Of a DNA stretch of 44,202 bases, positions 43,190-44,202 are shown in pieces. The stretch comes from an uncultured Methanosarcinales archaeon. Lineage in GTDB: Archaea; Nanobdellota; Nanobdellia; Woesearchaeales; GW2011-AR9. The first letter of the stretch is position 1. Each line of letters opens with the position of its first letter. Below the pieces are notes generated by a model. It was not told the DNA's origin, made no database searches, and saw only the letters and a program-made list of their open reading frames with translations. The stretch spans positions 1 to 44,202 of the forward strand of contig CAZKNU010000001.1 in assembly GCA_964554235.1 (NCBI GenBank), written 5' to 3'. The position numbers and the translations under genes are program-made.

Positions 43190-43348
43190 CGCTTCGTTTG
43201 AGGGAGTAATTTTGCTTTTAAATGTTTCGGAAAAATCCCCGAGATTTTTCTAAACCAAAACGGTTTCGGAAAATCTTTTGTTTTTCTAATATTTTCTTTT
43301 CTTTAGGATTGTTTGTCTTAAATAGTTACTTCAAAATACATAATAAAG

Positions 43349-43356
43349 TTTATAAA
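43349..43356 (+). promoter_or_regulatory. TATA-box-like element upstream of 43379 gene
   Basis: gtttataaatg ends 22 nt before the ATG, which implies a leaderless transcript. Confidence 0.4.
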
Positions 43357-43378
43357 TGAACTTCTTTCCAGCAGGATT

Positions 43379-44131
43379 ATGGTCTTTAAACCCGCCTATT
43401 TTGAAGTAAACCCGCATGCACTCGATCCAAAAGATATTAGCAAAGGGCTAGACTTTTCCGGCGTTTGTCCTTGGGTAAATCTATTGAAAGGCGATCCTAA
43501 GTATAGCGGACGCTTTGGTTCAAGTTCTCCGGTAAACTATTCTTCAAATTCTAACTTAGCAAGCACTTTAGACGAAGTAGCTGCCGATGATGGAGTGAGA
43601 CATACTCAAGACCAATGGATTGCTTATTTTAATGCTCGGCAGCAATTAATGGCTTCCATGTCCGACATCTATTTAGCCGGCAAGTCAAATGACCAACGAT
43701 TATTAGCCAGCTTAAGAGAAGATTCCAAACAAAGCTGGATTGTCACTAGCACTAGGCTTGAATATGGAGCTAAGGAAGATGCGCAGATTATACATCATTA
43801 TGGAAGCACCGTGGTAAAACCAATCGAACATAAATTAATCCTTCCTGAATACCAGCCACAACTGCTGGATGAAGTAGTAAATACGCCCTATGGATTAAAT
43901 TATTTACAAGTTTTATTTGGAACGACTGACTCTACTCGAGAAATAAAAGATACACTACAGAAACTCAGCGAGTATTCTAAAGATAAAATAAAAGTTTGGT
44001 CAGCATCTTTAGCAGTTCGGCCGGACAGCAGGGCCTCCGGCTTCGGCTGCGGCGATAGCGGATTCCATGTTACGGGCAACTACCTCGACGATGCCGGCTG
44101 TTCTCGTCGGGTGCATTTCATTACTCCTTAA
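43379..44131 (+). CDS. hypothetical protein, compositionally atypical
   Basis: 250-aa ORF with no recognisable family. It is noticeably more GC-rich than the rest of the window, especially at 44020-44110. Confidence 0.45.
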   Translation: MVFKPAYFEVNPHALDPKDISKGLDFSGVCPWVNLLKGDPKYSGRFGSSSPVNYSSNSNLASTLDEVAADDGVRHTQDQWIAYFNARQQLMASMSDIYLAGKSNDQRLLASLREDSKQSWIVTSTRLEYGAKEDAQIIHHYGSTVVKPIEHKLILPEYQPQLLDEVVNTPYGLNYLQVLFGTTDSTREIKDTLQKLSEYSKDKIKVWSASLAVRPDSRASGFGCGDSGFHVTGNYLDDAGCSRRVHFITP

Positions 44132-44202
44132 GAAGTTTTTCCTGCTGCGGCACAATTCGAAAAGTGAGTGATTTATAAAAAGAGGAATTATCCCCCATAT
44201 GT

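Noticed and set aside
1-44202. Search for tRNA, rRNA, transposase/integrase, toxin-antitoxin or defence genes
   Set aside because: No T-loop GGTTCRANYC-type sequence or cloverleaf was spotted in any spacer. No ORF has DDE, tyrosine-recombinase or serine-recombinase hallmarks, nuclease/ATPase defence-like architecture, or flanking inverted repeats. A manual scan cannot exclude small RNAs.

Overview
AT-rich archaeal chromosome window (roughly one-third G+C by eye). The information-processing genes are TBP, MCM, Orc1/Cdc6, both PolD subunits, aIF2-beta, TFE-alpha and RNase P Rpp30. PolD excludes Crenarchaeota. Small genes, Lys-rich tails and giant Cys-rich surface proteins suggest a DPANN-type archaeon, but that is inference.

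There are three blocks.

(1) 1-25546: 22 consecutive minus-strand genes. The first 16 are short, tightly packed or ATGA-overlapping genes. Almost all begin with a class III (prepilin/archaeal type IV pilin-like) signal: a basic n-region, K-K-G or K-K-A, then about 20 hydrophobic residues. Three of these genes are missing from the supplied ORF track: one edge-truncated gene and two mini-genes of 42 and 57 aa. They are followed by three very large Cys-rich secreted proteins (2088, 886 and 1779 aa) with adhesin-type modules. No assembly ATPase, platform protein or prepilin peptidase is visible in this block. This is my main candidate for an undescribed surface-appendage or cell-contact system.

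(2) 25618-29168: RNase P Rpp30, then a compact operon for a ubiquitin-like sulfur carrier (C-terminal GG), a TtuA/NcsA PP-loop thiolase and a UbaA/MoeB E1. A ThiI-like THUMP protein converges on it and has lost its PP-loop.

(3) 29323-43189: a replication and expression island. It runs tbp, mcm, an OB-fold/winged-helix protein, a 1.2-kb extremely AT-rich non-coding region with ORB-like dyads (predicted oriC), orc1/cdc6, polD small, polD large, then DUF424, aIF2-beta and TFE-alpha.

I recognised no rRNA, tRNA, CRISPR array, transposase or integrase.
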